This document shows, piece after piece, positions 53,243-64,000 of a stretch of 64,000 nucleotides of DNA. The translations under genes were made by a program, and so were the position numbers. The stretch comes from Pseudomonadota bacterium (GTDB taxonomy: Bacteria > Pseudomonadota > Gammaproteobacteria > JAKAQQ01): the NCBI GenBank assembly GCA_027320085.1, contig DAHVLZ010000042.1, positions 1 through 64,000 on the forward strand, given 5' to 3'. Under the pieces are notes generated by a model. The model made no database searches. It saw only the letters and a list, made by a program, of their open reading frames with translations, and was not told the origin of the DNA. Numbering within the stretch: the first letter of the stretch is position 1; each line of letters opens with the position of its first letter.

Positions 53243-54121
53243 TCAGTCGGATTCCGTTTTCCGATCGAACGCGTTCAGAAATTCCGGAAGGAAAAGGTCG
53301 GGGAGCAACTGTGCCCCGGGGGAGACGGCATAACGGTCGAGGTCGGTGATTCCAGCCTCCGCGAGCACGGCCTCATCGATGAAAAACTGCCCGGTTGTCG
53401 TTCGTGCCGGTCGTTTGAGGATTTCCACCGCGGCGTCGGCGACAATCTCCGGCTTGCGACAGTTTTCGGGCCGGATGGGTCCGCCCAGCTGGGTCAGCGC
53501 CTGGGTTGCGATGATCGTTTTTGGCCATAGCGCATTGACGGCAATGCCCTCTCGGGCCAATTCCCGGGACAGCCCGAGGACGCAGAAGCTCATTCCCATT
53601 TTGGTCAGCGTATACCCCAGATGTCCCGAGAACCAGCGCGGATCCAGACTGGGGGGAGGGGCGAGGACGAGCACATGGGGGTTTTCGGCCTGCCGGAGAA
53701 AGGGAAGGGCTGCGCGCGTGCAGGCATAGGTCCCTCGCGCATTGACCGACCAGAGCAAGTCCAGTTTTTTGACGGGGATATCGGCGAGCCCGCCCAGTGC
53801 AATGGCACTGGCGTTATTCACGAGGATGTCCAGCCGGCCCCACTCGGCCACAACGCGGGACACCGCAGTTTCGACAGCCTCCACGTCGCGGATATCCGTG
53901 GCGATCGGCAGGGCCTGAGCCCCCAAGTCCCGGACTTCGCGAGCCACGGTTTCGATGGTTCCGGGCAGGTGCGGGTGCGGAGTTTGCGTTTTGGCGAGAA
54001 TTCCGATCCGGGCACCCGCGTGGGCGGCCCGCAGGGCAATCGCTCGCCCGATGCCGCGGCTCGCACCCGTGATCAACAAAACCCGGTCTTTTAACGCGTA
54101 GGAAGAGTCAGACTTCGACAT
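53243..54121 (-). CDS. SDR oxidoreductase (HSDL2-like)
   Basis: TGASRGIG, KT..PHPHLPGTI, NNASAI, YTLTK, VNALWP. Confidence 0.9.
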   Translation of the reverse strand: MSKSDSSYALKDRVLLITGASRGIGRAIALRAAHAGARIGILAKTQTPHPHLPGTIETVAREVRDLGAQALPIATDIRDVEAVETAVSRVVAEWGRLDILVNNASAIALGGLADIPVKKLDLLWSVNARGTYACTRAALPFLRQAENPHVLVLAPPPSLDPRWFSGHLGYTLTKMGMSFCVLGLSRELAREGIAVNALWPKTIIATQALTQLGGPIRPENCRKPEIVADAAVEILKRPARTTTGQFFIDEAVLAEAGITDLDRYAVSPGAQLLPDLFLPEFLNAFDRKTESD

Positions 54122-54181
54122 GGTGGGCTTCTCCAATCTTCACTATATACTCTCATGCGGTGCTCAAAAGGGGAATTCACG

Positions 54182-55045
54182 ATGGAAGCGGCCACCTGTC
54201 CTGCCTTGATCGATGAGCGGACACTCAAAGCGTGGATCGGACAGCCGGACGTGTGCCTGTTCGACTGCCGATTCCGGCTCGAGGATCCGGGATGGGGGGG
54301 GCAAAGTTGGGAAGAAGGACACATCCCGGGCGCCCGTTATGCCCATCTGGACCGGGTCCTTTCGGGACCCGTGACGGAAACAAGCGGGCGGCATCCCCTG
54401 CCGGATCCTGCCGCATTGGCCCGTTGGCTGGGTCAGGCGGGGGTTGATGAACGAACGCGGATTGTGGCCTACGACCAAACCACAGGACCATTCGCGGCTC
54501 GCTTGTGGTGGCTTGCGCGCTGGCTCGGTTTATCGAACGTGTCCGTGCTGGACGGGGGTTGGTCGGTCTGGGTCGACAATCACGGCCCGATTGAATCGGG
54601 TCCTCCCCGGACGGTTGCCGCGAAATCTTTCGAACCCCGGCCAAACCCCGACCTCTGGCTGACCACTTTGGACATCGAAGCCGTAGTGGCCGGACAGGGC
54701 CAGGGACTGCTCCTCGATGTACGTCACGCGAACCGGTATCACGGTCTTGAGGAACCCATCGACTCCGTGGCGGGCCACATTCCAGGCGCGGTCAACTTCT
54801 GCTACTTGGAGACACTGGCTCCCGATGGGCGGCTTCTCGATCCGGCCGAGCTCCGCAGTCGCTTCGCCACCGTCCTCGGGCGATGCTCACCACGGGAGGT
54901 GATTCATTCCTGTGGTTCCGGGGTGACCGCCTGCCAGACCTTGCTGGCGATGGAGTGGGCGGGTCTTTCTGGATCACGCCTCTATGCCGGTTCGTACAGT
55001 GAGTGGATCCGTTCGGGATCACGCCCGGTCGTCCGCACGCCCTGA
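54182..55045 (+). CDS. Tandem-rhodanese sulfurtransferase (SseA-like)
   Basis: GHIPGA twice, GRHPLP, CGSGVTAC, LYAGSYSEW. Confidence 0.92.
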   Translation: MEAATCPALIDERTLKAWIGQPDVCLFDCRFRLEDPGWGGQSWEEGHIPGARYAHLDRVLSGPVTETSGRHPLPDPAALARWLGQAGVDERTRIVAYDQTTGPFAARLWWLARWLGLSNVSVLDGGWSVWVDNHGPIESGPPRTVAAKSFEPRPNPDLWLTTLDIEAVVAGQGQGLLLDVRHANRYHGLEEPIDSVAGHIPGAVNFCYLETLAPDGRLLDPAELRSRFATVLGRCSPREVIHSCGSGVTACQTLLAMEWAGLSGSRLYAGSYSEWIRSGSRPVVRTP

Positions 55046-55058
55046 AATCCGGTGCGCC

Positions 55059-55544
55059 TCAGGAAGAGGGACGTTCATGACGCAAGAGCCGGGCTTTTTG
55101 CCTCGCCCAGTCCCGTTCCCGTTCGCTGCGCCGCTTGTCATGGAGTTTTTTACCCCGTGCCAGGCCCAACTCCAGCTTGGCCCGTCCGTGCTTCCAGTAC
55201 AGACGCAGGGGAATCAGGGTCAGTCCCCGTCGTTCAACGGCCCCGCGCAGGGTGTCAATTTCCCGCTGGTGAAGGAGTAACTTGCGCGTTCGCTCCGGGT
55301 CGACGGTCCGGTGTGTGGAAACGGTCGGCAGCGGTGCAATCTGGCTTCCGATCAGCCAAATGGCACCATTTTTGATCAGCGCATAGCTGTCCCGTATCTG
55401 GATACGTCCCGCCCTCAGGGCTTTGACTTCCCAGCCTTCCAGCACCAAGCCCGCCTCGTAGCGTTCCTCGATGGAGTAGTCGTGGCGTGCCCTTCGGTTT
55501 TCGACTTGGGCCGGCGGTTTTGATCTCTGCGTGTCATCCTTCAT
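55059..55544 (-). CDS. smpB: SsrA-binding protein
   Basis: [37 protein letters not shown]. Confidence 0.96.
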   Translation of the reverse strand: MKDDTQRSKPPAQVENRRARHDYSIEERYEAGLVLEGWEVKALRAGRIQIRDSYALIKNGAIWLIGSQIAPLPTVSTHRTVDPERTRKLLLHQREIDTLRGAVERRGLTLIPLRLYWKHGRAKLELGLARGKKLHDKRRSERERDWARQKARLLRHERPSS

Positions 55545-55587
55545 GGTGGCATTATACGGGGGCATTTCCTGAGGCGATTCTCGGCCC

Positions 55588-56055
55588 GTGCTGCGAAATA
55601 TTCAAAGACATGCCCGTGTCCCCTGTCGGGTGGAGGACATGTACCGGTTGGTTGCGGACGTTCCCTCCTATTCCCGTTTTTTGCCCTGGTGCGCCAATGC
55701 CCGGATCCTCGGGAAAGAGGCGGGGACTCAAGACGGCGAAATCGTCCTGGCCGAGATGGGTCTGGCATGGGGACCCCTCCGGTACCGGTTGAGGACCCGA
55801 AACCACAACCACTTTCCCGACCGGATTCGCATGAAGTTGGTCGAGGGGCCCCTGCGCGAGCTGGATGGGACCTGGAAGTTTGCACCGGCCGGCCCCCGGG
55901 ACTGCGAGGTCGAGCTGGATCTTTCCTTCGTGACGGGTAGCCGCATGATGGGTCATCTGGTCGCTCCGCTGATCGGAGAGGCCATGGAGACCCTGACGGA
56001 TGCCTTTGTGGAAGAAGCTCGCCGAAGATATCCGGACGGCAGCCATGTGGGTTGA
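55588..56055 (+). CDS. ratA: RatA/PasT (Coq10/START) protein
   Basis: [28 protein letters not shown]; divergent from smpB. Confidence 0.9.
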   Translation: MLRNIQRHARVPCRVEDMYRLVADVPSYSRFLPWCANARILGKEAGTQDGEIVLAEMGLAWGPLRYRLRTRNHNHFPDRIRMKLVEGPLRELDGTWKFAPAGPRDCEVELDLSFVTGSRMMGHLVAPLIGEAMETLTDAFVEEARRRYPDGSHVG

Positions 56056-56383
56056 AATGGCGTGGATGGAAGGGGAGCGTGAATACCATCGGATGCTCAC
56101 CCTGTCGACGGGATCGACACTCGCGGATGCACTCCGGATGGCTGGACTTCAAGGTTTTGCCGAGCGTTGGCTGGCCATGGGCGGTCGGATTGCCGTGGCG
56201 GGCCAGGAAATCGGTCTGGGTGCGATTCTCCGGCCCACCGACCGGGTCGAGTTCCTCAAGCCACTCAAGATTCGACCGGGCGATCTTCGCCTTGGGCGTT
56301 TGGGGAGAAAGGGGAAAGCGGGTCGAGTCAGTGGGCGGGCGGTTTCGCCGGATGGACGCGCCCCCGGCGACGAATCCGGATGA
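56045..56383 (+). CDS. ratB: RnfH/RatB ubiquitin-like protein
   Basis: GSTLADAL, LRPTDRVEFLKPL; synteny between ratA and bamE. Confidence 0.7.
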   Translation: MWVEMAWMEGEREYHRMLTLSTGSTLADALRMAGLQGFAERWLAMGGRIAVAGQEIGLGAILRPTDRVEFLKPLKIRPGDLRLGRLGRKGKAGRVSGRAVSPDGRAPGDESG

Positions 56384-56672
56384 CCCGTCCCTGATGGAAA
56401 ACAATCCAAAGATGATGAAGCCGGGCAGATGAGAAATGGCCGGCCTTCCGGTAGTAGATGTAGACCCAGTGCTGGGAGGAAAAGGGGTTTTTGAGTGCCG
56501 GCGGGCCGAGCAGGTAGGCGACCTGCGATTGCGTCATGCCGACCCTGATTTCATGCATCATCGCCGGCGAAAGGTAGTTGCCTTGGTGCATCGGGGCAAT
56601 GTAGACGAAGCTGCAGCCCCCGAGCCCGATCGCACACAGACCTAACAGCACTAACCGGTTGCGGAAGCTCAT
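56328..56672 (-). CDS. bamE: Outer-membrane assembly lipoprotein BamE
   Basis: Lipobox LGGC; QGN; GMTQSQVAYLLGPP; WVYIY. Confidence 0.9.
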   Translation of the reverse strand: MSFRNRLVLLGLCAIGLGGCSFVYIAPMHQGNYLSPAMMHEIRVGMTQSQVAYLLGPPALKNPFSSQHWVYIYYRKAGHFSSARLHHLWIVFHQGRVIRIRRRGRVHPAKPPAH

Positions 56673-56717
56673 CGGGAACGGCCAGGGGGAACTGGGAGGT
56701 GCGGCCATGATAACCGA

Positions 56718-58403
56718 TCAGGGGGCTTTTTGTGCCCGACCGATGAGTTCACGGGCATGGCGAAGGGCCGCATCCGTGACTTCCTCCCCGGCCAGCATGC
56801 GTGCAACTTCCTGCTCCCGCGATTCGGCATCCAGGGGAACGACCTGGGTTCGGATGTTTGCGGAGCGGCTTTCTTTGAGTACCCGAAAATGATGGTGTCC
56901 CTGGCAGGCGACCTGCGGAAGGTGGGTGATACAAAACACCTGCCGGTGACCGGCCAGGGCTCGAAGCTTGAGTCCGACCCGTTCGGCAATGCGACCGCCG
57001 ATCCCGGAATCAATTTCATCAAAGATCAGGGTCGGCACCCACTGGGCGTGGGCTGAGGCCAGCTGAAGTGCCAAAGCCAGCCGGGACAACTCACCCCCGG
57101 AGGCGATCTTGGCCAGGGGGAGGGCGGGTTGGTCGGCATGACTCCTGAAATCCAGCCGGATCGATTCCACGCCACGGGGTCCGGGGGGGGCCGGCTCGAA
57201 GTTTACGGCGAGTTGGGCCCCTGACATTCCGAATTCCGGAAGTAGGCGGTTTACGGCCTCCTCCAGCCGGGATGCCGCTTTCCGACGGTCCCGTGAGAGT
57301 TGCTGAGCCGCCGCGTGATAGCGCGCTTCAGCTGCGGCCGCCTCGGCCCGGTATCGTTCAAGGAGCCCGGAGCCCGTGGCCAAGGCCTCTGCCCGACCTC
57401 GTGTCTCCCCCAGCGCATCCGCGAGCTCCTCCGGGCGCATGTGGAAGCGGTAGGCCAGCTCCTGGTAGCGGTCAAAGCGGAGGCGTGTGGATTCCATATG
57501 GGTGGCATCGATTTCAATGTTGCTCTCGTACTGGTCCAGGGTCCCTTCACACTGATCGAGGGCGCCCTTGGCCTCGTCGATCCGGCCCGCGAGGATTTCA
57601 AGGGCGGGATCCAGGGAGAGGAGCGGTCGAAGTTCTTTTTGGGCCCGGCCCAAAAGTGGTTCGCATCCCGGGCTTTGGGGCGCTTCCTCCCCGCCGGTCA
57701 GCAACTTCCGGATCACGAGCAGTCCTTGACGGATGCGCTCCAGGTGGTCGAGTCGTTTCTGGGATTCGGCCAGGTGCTCGAACTCTCCCGACCGGGGATC
57801 CAGCGATTCGAGCAGCTCCAGCCGTTCGCGGACTGCCACCGATTCCGATTCGGATGCCGCGGCCTGTTTTTCCTGTGTCTCGAGGGCGAGTCGGGCCTCC
57901 CGCCACTCGCTATGGCGGGATTGGATTTCCTGAACCTCGGCGGAAAGCCCACCGAAGGCGTCGATCAGGGTCATCTGGGTTTCGCGACGGGTGAGAGACT
58001 GATGCTCATGTTGCCCGTGAAGGTCAACCAGCAAATCGCTCAGCTGACCTGACATCTGGAGCGTCACGGGATGGCCGTTGATGTAGGCCCGCGAGGGCCT
58101 GCCGTCCCGGTAGACCAGGCGTCGCAGGGTGCATTCGCCTCCCTCGTCAAGACCGTGTTCCTGGAGCCAGAGCTCCGCCGGGGAGCGCGCGCCAGGCCGG
58201 AACAGGGCTGTGACCGTGCTTTCGTCCCGATCCGGGCCGATGACCACGCTGTCGGCGCGTCCCCCGAGTGCCAGTCCCAACGCCTCGATCAGGATCGATT
58301 TGCCCGCTCCGGTCTCGCCGGTGAGAACCGTGAGTCCCGGTTCGAAGTCCAGTGCCAGCTGGCTGATCAGGGCGTAGTTTCTGATTTCGAGACTGGCCAG
58401 CAT
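56718..58403 (-). CDS. recN: DNA repair protein RecN
   Basis: TGETGAGKS, HGQHEHQ, ASGGELSR, FDEID, ITHLPQVA. Confidence 0.96.
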   Translation of the reverse strand: MLASLEIRNYALISQLALDFEPGLTVLTGETGAGKSILIEALGLALGGRADSVVIGPDRDESTVTALFRPGARSPAELWLQEHGLDEGGECTLRRLVYRDGRPSRAYINGHPVTLQMSGQLSDLLVDLHGQHEHQSLTRRETQMTLIDAFGGLSAEVQEIQSRHSEWREARLALETQEKQAAASESESVAVRERLELLESLDPRSGEFEHLAESQKRLDHLERIRQGLLVIRKLLTGGEEAPQSPGCEPLLGRAQKELRPLLSLDPALEILAGRIDEAKGALDQCEGTLDQYESNIEIDATHMESTRLRFDRYQELAYRFHMRPEELADALGETRGRAEALATGSGLLERYRAEAAAAEARYHAAAQQLSRDRRKAASRLEEAVNRLLPEFGMSGAQLAVNFEPAPPGPRGVESIRLDFRSHADQPALPLAKIASGGELSRLALALQLASAHAQWVPTLIFDEIDSGIGGRIAERVGLKLRALAGHRQVFCITHLPQVACQGHHHFRVLKESRSANIRTQVVPLDAESREQEVARMLAGEEVTDAALRHARELIGRAQKAP

Positions 58404-58405
58404 GC

Positions 58406-59269
58406 CTAACTCTCGGACTGGCCCCAATGGAGTTTTTCGCGCAAACGGGCAAACGGGTCATAGCTCGCCGGATGGATGATCGTGAGCTCGCGATCCGCCC
58501 GGTTGATTTGGACCCGCACTCCGGGATCAAGACGCCGGGTGGCGGAGCCATCCCAGTTGACGAGGCAACGGGACGCCTGTGCCTCCGGTACCCGGAGTTC
58601 GATCTGGGCCTTTCCCGGAATGACGAGTGGCCGGTCCGAGAGGTTGTGGGGCGCAATCGGCAGGATGACGAGGCAGGACAGCTCCGGATGGAGAATGGGA
58701 CCACCCGAGGAAAGGGCGTAAGCCGTGGAGCCACTCGGGGTTGAGACGATCAGTCCATCGGCGCGATGGGCGCAGACAAAGCGTCCCTCAATCCAGGTTT
58801 CGATGTCGATCATCCTTCCGCCATCGGCCTTTTCGAGGACGATGTCGTTCAGGGCAAGACGCCATTGGGGGGCGACGGGCTTTAGACATCCCCGGATGAG
58901 CACCCGCGTTTCCGTCTGGTACTGTCCTTCGAGAATGGGCTTGAGGTCCCAATCGAGCCGGTCGGCGGGGAAGTCCGTGAGATAGCCCAGGCGTCCGAGA
59001 TTGATACCCAAAACCGGAATCTCCGCCCGCGTGGCAGCGGCGGTGGCCAGGAAAGTGCCATCTCCGCCAAGGCTGATGGCAAAATCGCCGGGTTCGAAGG
59101 CGGGTTCGGTTGGGGGAGGGGCGGTTTTCCCGGTGGGCCCCGGTATTTCACTCGTCTGGACGATGGGAATCCCGGCCTGCCCCAGGATCCTCTCGAGATT
59201 GGCGAGCACCGAGGGCGATGCAGGTGTCTCTCCCCGGCAGAACACATAGGCACGTGCGAGTGTCGGCAT
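58406..59269 (-). CDS. nadK: NAD kinase
   Basis: GGDGTFL, GRLGYL, ND, DGLIVSTPSGSTAY. Confidence 0.95.
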   Translation of the reverse strand: MPTLARAYVFCRGETPASPSVLANLERILGQAGIPIVQTSEIPGPTGKTAPPPTEPAFEPGDFAISLGGDGTFLATAAATRAEIPVLGINLGRLGYLTDFPADRLDWDLKPILEGQYQTETRVLIRGCLKPVAPQWRLALNDIVLEKADGGRMIDIETWIEGRFVCAHRADGLIVSTPSGSTAYALSSGGPILHPELSCLVILPIAPHNLSDRPLVIPGKAQIELRVPEAQASRCLVNWDGSATRRLDPGVRVQINRADRELTIIHPASYDPFARLREKLHWGQSES

Positions 59270-59431
59270 GGTTCTGATGTTACCTTAGAGACCGCAGTGG
59301 GGGGGCGTCGCTCGTCCCGATCCCCGGTTGAGGCCGACCGGGAGGTTTGAAGGGGCAGGGCTGTGTGCCGCCGGTAATTTATGGTAACTTGAACCGGTCT
59401 CCTCCTGATAGACAGGCCCACCGTCGCTGAG

Positions 59432-60490
59432 ATGACGAATCCACCCGGATTTTCGTTGCCCGAGCTGGATGAGCGCGCCCGCACCGTACTGAAGCTGCTG
59501 ATCGAGCATTACATTGAGGACGGGCAACCGGTCGCGTCACGGACGTTGGCGCGCGATTTTGGCCATGCATTGAGCCCGGCCACCATTCGCAACGTCATGG
59601 CGGACCTTGAAGACGCAGGCTTGATCCAATCCCCCCATACCTCGGCCGGACGGGTCCCCACGGTTTTGGGGTACCGGTTTTTCGTCGACAGCCTGATCGA
59701 AGCACCGGCCATGGGTCCGGAACTGATTGAAACCCTGAAAACGGGGTTCGAACAGCGGCCGGTCACGATGGGGCAGTGGAGCGCGGCGACTGAACTGTTG
59801 TCCTCCATCACGCACCTGGCCGCGGTGGTGACCCTTCCCGGAAGGGACCAGCTCTCATGGGCCCGGATCGAGTTTGTCCCGCTGTCGGAACACCGGATCC
59901 TCGTTGTGCTTTTAACCGATGATCAGGAGGTCCAAAACCGCCTGATCGAAACCGCGGTCCCCTATTCCCGGGATTTTCTGGCACAGGCGGCCCAGTTTTT
60001 GAACGAAATGTTCGTGGGAGGGAACCTGGAAGAGGTCCGCCAGCGCTTGGTGGCCGACCTGCAGAAGACTCAGGCGGGTCTTTCCGCCTGGATGAAGCAG
60101 GCCATGTCTCTTGCGGAAACGATCTTGGACCAGACCTTGACTCCGACTCCCGAGGTGGTGGTGAGCGGGGAGGTCAATCTCATGGATTTCGATGAGCTGA
60201 GAGACTTGTCCCGGCTGCGGGATCTTCTCGATACACTGACCCGCCAGCGGGATCTCATCCGTCTCTTTGATGCCAGTGTGCGGGCCGACCGGGTCCAGAT
60301 TTATATCGGGAGCGAGTCCGGGTATAATGCGCTCAGTCCCTGCTCAGTGATCCTTTCGCCGTACCGGGCGGGCGGGCGGACTTTGGGGGTCCTCGGGGTG
60401 ATCGGTCCGACGCGGATTCCGTACAATAAGATCATTCCGATCGTGCAGGTCAGTGCCGATCTGATCGGCGCATCGCTGCAAAACCATTGA
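59432..60490 (+). CDS. hrcA: Heat-inducible repressor HrcA
   Basis: YIEDGQPVAS, SPATIRNVMADLE, PHTSAGRVPT, GVIGPTR. Confidence 0.96.
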   Translation: MTNPPGFSLPELDERARTVLKLLIEHYIEDGQPVASRTLARDFGHALSPATIRNVMADLEDAGLIQSPHTSAGRVPTVLGYRFFVDSLIEAPAMGPELIETLKTGFEQRPVTMGQWSAATELLSSITHLAAVVTLPGRDQLSWARIEFVPLSEHRILVVLLTDDQEVQNRLIETAVPYSRDFLAQAAQFLNEMFVGGNLEEVRQRLVADLQKTQAGLSAWMKQAMSLAETILDQTLTPTPEVVVSGEVNLMDFDELRDLSRLRDLLDTLTRQRDLIRLFDASVRADRVQIYIGSESGYNALSPCSVILSPYRAGGRTLGVLGVIGPTRIPYNKIIPIVQVSADLIGASLQNH

Positions 60491-60595
60491 GGGTGGTCTC
60501 CCCGCTGCGGCCGCCTCCGGTTTGGCGCTCAAGACCGGCTTCTTGGGAAGAGAGGCCGGCTTCTGCTGTGATTCATCGTGCTGGAGAGAAAAGTG

Positions 60596-61153
60596 ATGCT
60601 GGAAGATCCACAGGCCCTGTCACCCGGTTGCCCGGATAGCGCCGAGCCGTCCTCTGAGGGCGATGCGGGGGGGGCGGACCGGATCGGGCAGCTTCAAGCC
60701 AACCTGGAAGACGCCGAGCGGAAGGCCCAGGAGAACTGGGAGCGCTACCTGCGCGTGGCCGCCGAACTCGAGAACCTGAAGAAGCGGACGCAGCGTGAGG
60801 TGGAAAATGCCCATCGCTATGCGCTGGAAGGGTTTCTCGCCGATCTCCTGGCGGTCAAGGACAGTCTGGAACTGGGTCTCCTGAGTGCGGGCGGGGACGA
60901 AGGGAGCGGGCTTAAAGAAGGGGTTGAGTTGACGCTCCGGCTTTTCAAGCAGCTCCTTGAAAAACAAGGCGTGGATGAAATCAACCCCCTTCATGAGCAG
61001 TTTGATCCGGAGTATCAGGAAGCTATTGGAACCGATTCCGAGCCGGAAGCCGGTCCCGGGATCGTGCTCCGGGTCATTCAGAAGGGGTATCGTTTGAAAG
61101 GGCGCCTCCTGCGTCCCGCACGGGTCATCGTGAACCGGCCTGAAGAGACTTGA
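60596..61153 (+). CDS. grpE: Nucleotide exchange factor GrpE
   Basis: RVAAELENLKKR, FDPEYQEA, QKGYRLKGRLLRPARV. Confidence 0.95.
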   Translation: MLEDPQALSPGCPDSAEPSSEGDAGGADRIGQLQANLEDAERKAQENWERYLRVAAELENLKKRTQREVENAHRYALEGFLADLLAVKDSLELGLLSAGGDEGSGLKEGVELTLRLFKQLLEKQGVDEINPLHEQFDPEYQEAIGTDSEPEAGPGIVLRVIQKGYRLKGRLLRPARVIVNRPEET

Positions 61154-61174
61154 TCCCGGAGCGTCCATCCCCAT
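61149..61174 (+). promoter_or_regulatory. Sigma32-type heat-shock promoter upstream of dnaK
   Basis: CTTGAT-N14-CCCCAT versus consensus CTTGAA-N13/14-CCCCAT. Confidence 0.65.
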
Positions 61175-61241
61175 ATTCGAGTTGATAGCGGTGATGAGCC
61201 TCCGGTCCGGATTGTGATCGGAACCGTTTTTGGAGAAAATT

Positions 61242-63176
61242 ATGTCTAAAATCATTGGCATCGATTTGGGAACCACGAATTCATGCGTCGCCGTCATGGA
61301 GGGGGGGCAACCCAAGGTGATTCCCAATAGCGAAGGCGATCGAACCACTCCCTCGGTCGTGGCTTTTGGGAAGGACGGTGATGTCCTGGTCGGGCAGATG
61401 GCCAAGCGCCAGGCTGTGACCAATCCCAAAAATACCCTGTATGCGGTCAAGCGGTTGATCGGACGCCGGTTTAACGAAGCGATGGTCCAAGATGCCCTGA
61501 AACGCTCTCCGTTCTCAATTGTTCAGGCAAAAAATGGTGACGCATGGGTCGAAGTGGCGGGCAAGCAGATGTCTCCACCCGAAATTTCGGCCCGAGTTCT
61601 CATGAAAATGAAAAAAACGGCGGAGGACTACCTCGGAGAGACCGTGACCGATGCGGTGATTACCGTACCGGCCTACTTCAATGATTCCCAGCGGCAGGCG
61701 ACGAAGGACGCAGGCCGCATTGCGGGACTGGAGGTTAAGCGGATCATCAACGAGCCGACCGCGGCGGCTCTGGCTTTTGGCTTGGATAAGAAACCGAAAG
61801 ATACCAAGGTCGCGGTTTACGATCTCGGTGGAGGAACGTTCGACATCTCGATCATCGAGATTGCCGAGGTCGATGGCGAGCAGCAGTTCGAGGTTCTGTC
61901 GACGAACGGAGATACGTTCCTCGGAGGTGAGGATTTTGACAGGCGGGTGATCGACTATCTGGCCGACGAATTCCGCAAGGAGCAGGGGATTGATGTGCGA
62001 AATGACCCCCTGGCCATGCAGCGGCTCCGGGAGGCGGCGGAAAAAGCCAAGATCGAGCTGAGCTCGACCCAGCAGACGGAAATCAACCTGCCTTACATTA
62101 CAGCGGATGCCAGTGGCCCCAAACATCTCAACATCCGTTTGACCCGGGCCAAACTGGAGGCTTTGGTCGACGACCTGATTCAAAAGACCATCGAGCCCTG
62201 CCGTCTGGCAATCCAGGATGCCCACCTGTCGGTGCGGGACATCGACGATGTCATTCTGGTGGGCGGGCAGACCCGCATGCCCAAGGTGCAGGCTGTGGTC
62301 CGTGAGTTCTTCGGCAAGGAACCCCGCCGGGATGTCAATCCGGACGAGGCTGTGGCGATTGGTGCGGCGATTCAGGGGGGCGTGTTGCAGGGGGAAGTCA
62401 AGGACGTGCTGCTTCTCGATGTCACCCCGCTTTCCCTGGGAATTGAGACGCTCGGCGGAGTCATGACCCGGATCATCGACAAGAACACCACGATCCCCAC
62501 CAAGGCGACGCAGGTGTTTTCGACGGCTGATGACAACCAGTCGGCGGTCACGATTCACGTGGTCCAGGGAGAACGCGAACTGGCACGTGACAACAAGTCT
62601 CTGGGACGTTTCGACCTCACGGGGATTCCCACGGCTCCACGGGGTGTGCCGCAGATCGAGGTCACGTTCGATATCGATGCCAACGGGATTCTCCATGTAT
62701 CCGCGAAAGACAAGGCGACCGGTAAGGAGCAATCGATCGTCATCCGGGCCTCGAGTGGGCTGACGGAGGACGAAATCAAGCGGATGGTGGCCGAGGCCGA
62801 AGCGCATCGCGAGGAGGACCGGCGGGCACGTGAGCGGATCGAGGCCCGGAATCAGGCGGATACCCTGATTCATGTCACCGAGAAGACCCTTCAGGAGATG
62901 GGCGAAAAGGTGCCGGCGGAGGAACGGGCTCGTGTCGAAGCCGCCCTCTCCGACCTCAAGGGGGTTCTGGATACCGGGGACCAGGCGACCTTGGAGGCCA
63001 AGACCCAAGCCTTGGCTCAGGCCAGCGCCTCTCTGGGCCAGCGGCTTTACGAAAACACCGGTGCACAGTCCGGTGCGGCTAACGCGAATGGCAACGACCC
63101 GGGCCGGCCCGGCGGCGAGGAAGTGGTGGATGCTGAGTTTGAAGAGGTGGACGACCACAAGAACGGCAAGTCATGA
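61242..63176 (+). CDS. dnaK: Chaperone DnaK
   Basis: [32 protein letters not shown]. Confidence 0.98.
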   Translation: MSKIIGIDLGTTNSCVAVMEGGQPKVIPNSEGDRTTPSVVAFGKDGDVLVGQMAKRQAVTNPKNTLYAVKRLIGRRFNEAMVQDALKRSPFSIVQAKNGDAWVEVAGKQMSPPEISARVLMKMKKTAEDYLGETVTDAVITVPAYFNDSQRQATKDAGRIAGLEVKRIINEPTAAALAFGLDKKPKDTKVAVYDLGGGTFDISIIEIAEVDGEQQFEVLSTNGDTFLGGEDFDRRVIDYLADEFRKEQGIDVRNDPLAMQRLREAAEKAKIELSSTQQTEINLPYITADASGPKHLNIRLTRAKLEALVDDLIQKTIEPCRLAIQDAHLSVRDIDDVILVGGQTRMPKVQAVVREFFGKEPRRDVNPDEAVAIGAAIQGGVLQGEVKDVLLLDVTPLSLGIETLGGVMTRIIDKNTTIPTKATQVFSTADDNQSAVTIHVVQGERELARDNKSLGRFDLTGIPTAPRGVPQIEVTFDIDANGILHVSAKDKATGKEQSIVIRASSGLTEDEIKRMVAEAEAHREEDRRARERIEARNQADTLIHVTEKTLQEMGEKVPAEERARVEAALSDLKGVLDTGDQATLEAKTQALAQASASLGQRLYENTGAQSGAANANGNDPGRPGGEEVVDAEFEEVDDHKNGKS

Positions 63177-63226
63177 GGAAGTTCGTGCAGTGGATCTGCG
63201 GGTAGCTTGAGCCCGAGCGGTCTCGT

Positions 63227-64000
63227 ATGGTGACTTCGAAGCTTGATTATTACGAGACACTCTCGGTTTCCCGTGATGCGAGCCCGGAGGAAATCAAGAA
63301 GGCGTTCCGGCGCTTGGCGATGAAGCTGCACCCCGATCGTAATCCGGGGTCGAGGGAAGCGGAGGAACAGTTCAAGACGGTGAAGGAAGCCTTTGACGTG
63401 CTCTATGACCCGGAACGCCGAGCACTCTATGACCGCTATGGCCACGCCGGTCTCGCGGGGCAGGCGGGGGCCTCACCGGGTTTTGACCCCAACGAGATTT
63501 TCGGTGACCTGTTTGGCAGCATCTTCGGATCTGCATTCGGGCAGGCGCGCCATGCCCGGGGACGCGATCTGGTCTATGCTCTGGAACTGGACCTGGAGCA
63601 GGTGGCTCAAGGCGAGTCCGTCCCGCTTGAATATGAAACGCTTGTGACCTGCGAGGATTGCGGGGGGAGTGGCTCGAAACCCGGCTCCCGTCCGGAACGA
63701 TGCGTGGATTGTCGTGGAACGGGTGAAATCCGGGTCCAGCAGGGTTTTTTTACCCTCCGGCAAACCTGTCCGCGATGTCAGGGACGGGGCCAGTCTCAGA
63801 AGGGAGATTGTCGAGGATGCCACGGTTCAGGCCGAATCCGTTCCCATCGCCGGATTGAAGTCAGGATCCCACCCGGGGTTGACGAGGGCGATCGGATTCG
63901 GCTTTCAGGTTTGGGTGAGGCGGGTGAGGCGGGACAACCGGGCGGGGATCTCTATGTGGAGATTCACATCCGCGCCCACCAGAGGTTCCGGCGTGAGGGC
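63227..64000 (+). CDS. dnaJ: Chaperone DnaJ (runs off the window)
   Basis: Manual translation: MVTSKLDYYETLSV...KLHPDRN (HPD), G/F region, CxxCxGxG repeats, GDLYV. Confidence 0.95.
   Translation, partial: MVTSKLDYYETLSVSRDASPEEIKKAFRRLAMKLHPDRNPGSREAEEQFKTVKEAFDVLYDPERRALYDRYGHAGLAGQAGASPGFDPNEIFGDLFGSIFGSAFGQARHARGRDLVYALELDLEQVAQGESVPLEYETLVTCEDCGGSGSKPGSRPERCVDCRGTGEIRVQQGFFTLRQTCPRCQGRGQSQKGDCRGCHGSGRIRSHRRIEVRIPPGVDEGDRIRLSGLGEAGEAGQPGGDLYVEIHIRAHQRFRREG

Noticed and set aside
55588-56383. ratA-ratB as a toxin-antitoxin or defence module
   Set aside because: This is a core locus between smpB and bamE, and RatA is a Coq10-like respiratory protein.
60522-60550. Possible CIRCE operator (TTGGCGCTC) before grpE
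   Set aside because: Only a degenerate left half-site; there is no GAGTGCTAA-like arm 9 nt downstream.

Overview
The window looks like a high-GC gammaproteobacterial chromosome in two parts. (1) Positions <1-~17413 are a lower-GC accessory island whose right junction lies at the DHH catalytic motif of the host recJ, so only the 3' part of recJ is present here. The island carries its own divergent recJ homolog (minus strand, runs off the left edge, missed by the ORF track) and a DUF4365-like nuclease. It also holds a three-level nested stack of IS-type elements: a decayed IS3 contains a transposase-less IS21-ended cassette, which contains an IS1595. The island ends in a tightly coupled five-gene defence operon: Type III Res, Mod, Sir2, HerA and a RelE-like/UvrD fusion. 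(2) Positions ~17414-64000 are mostly core genome: 'recJ-prfB(+1 frameshift)-lysS, ygfZ, sdhCDAB/E, infA, trxB, ald, ftsK-lolA-rarA, uvrB, tRNA-Val, thrS-infC-rpmI-rplT-pheST-ihfA-merR-tRNA-Pro, smpB, ratAB, bamE, recN, nadK and hrcA-grpE-dnaK-dnaJ. All calls come from reading motifs by eye; no database searches were run, and GC statements are visual estimates.
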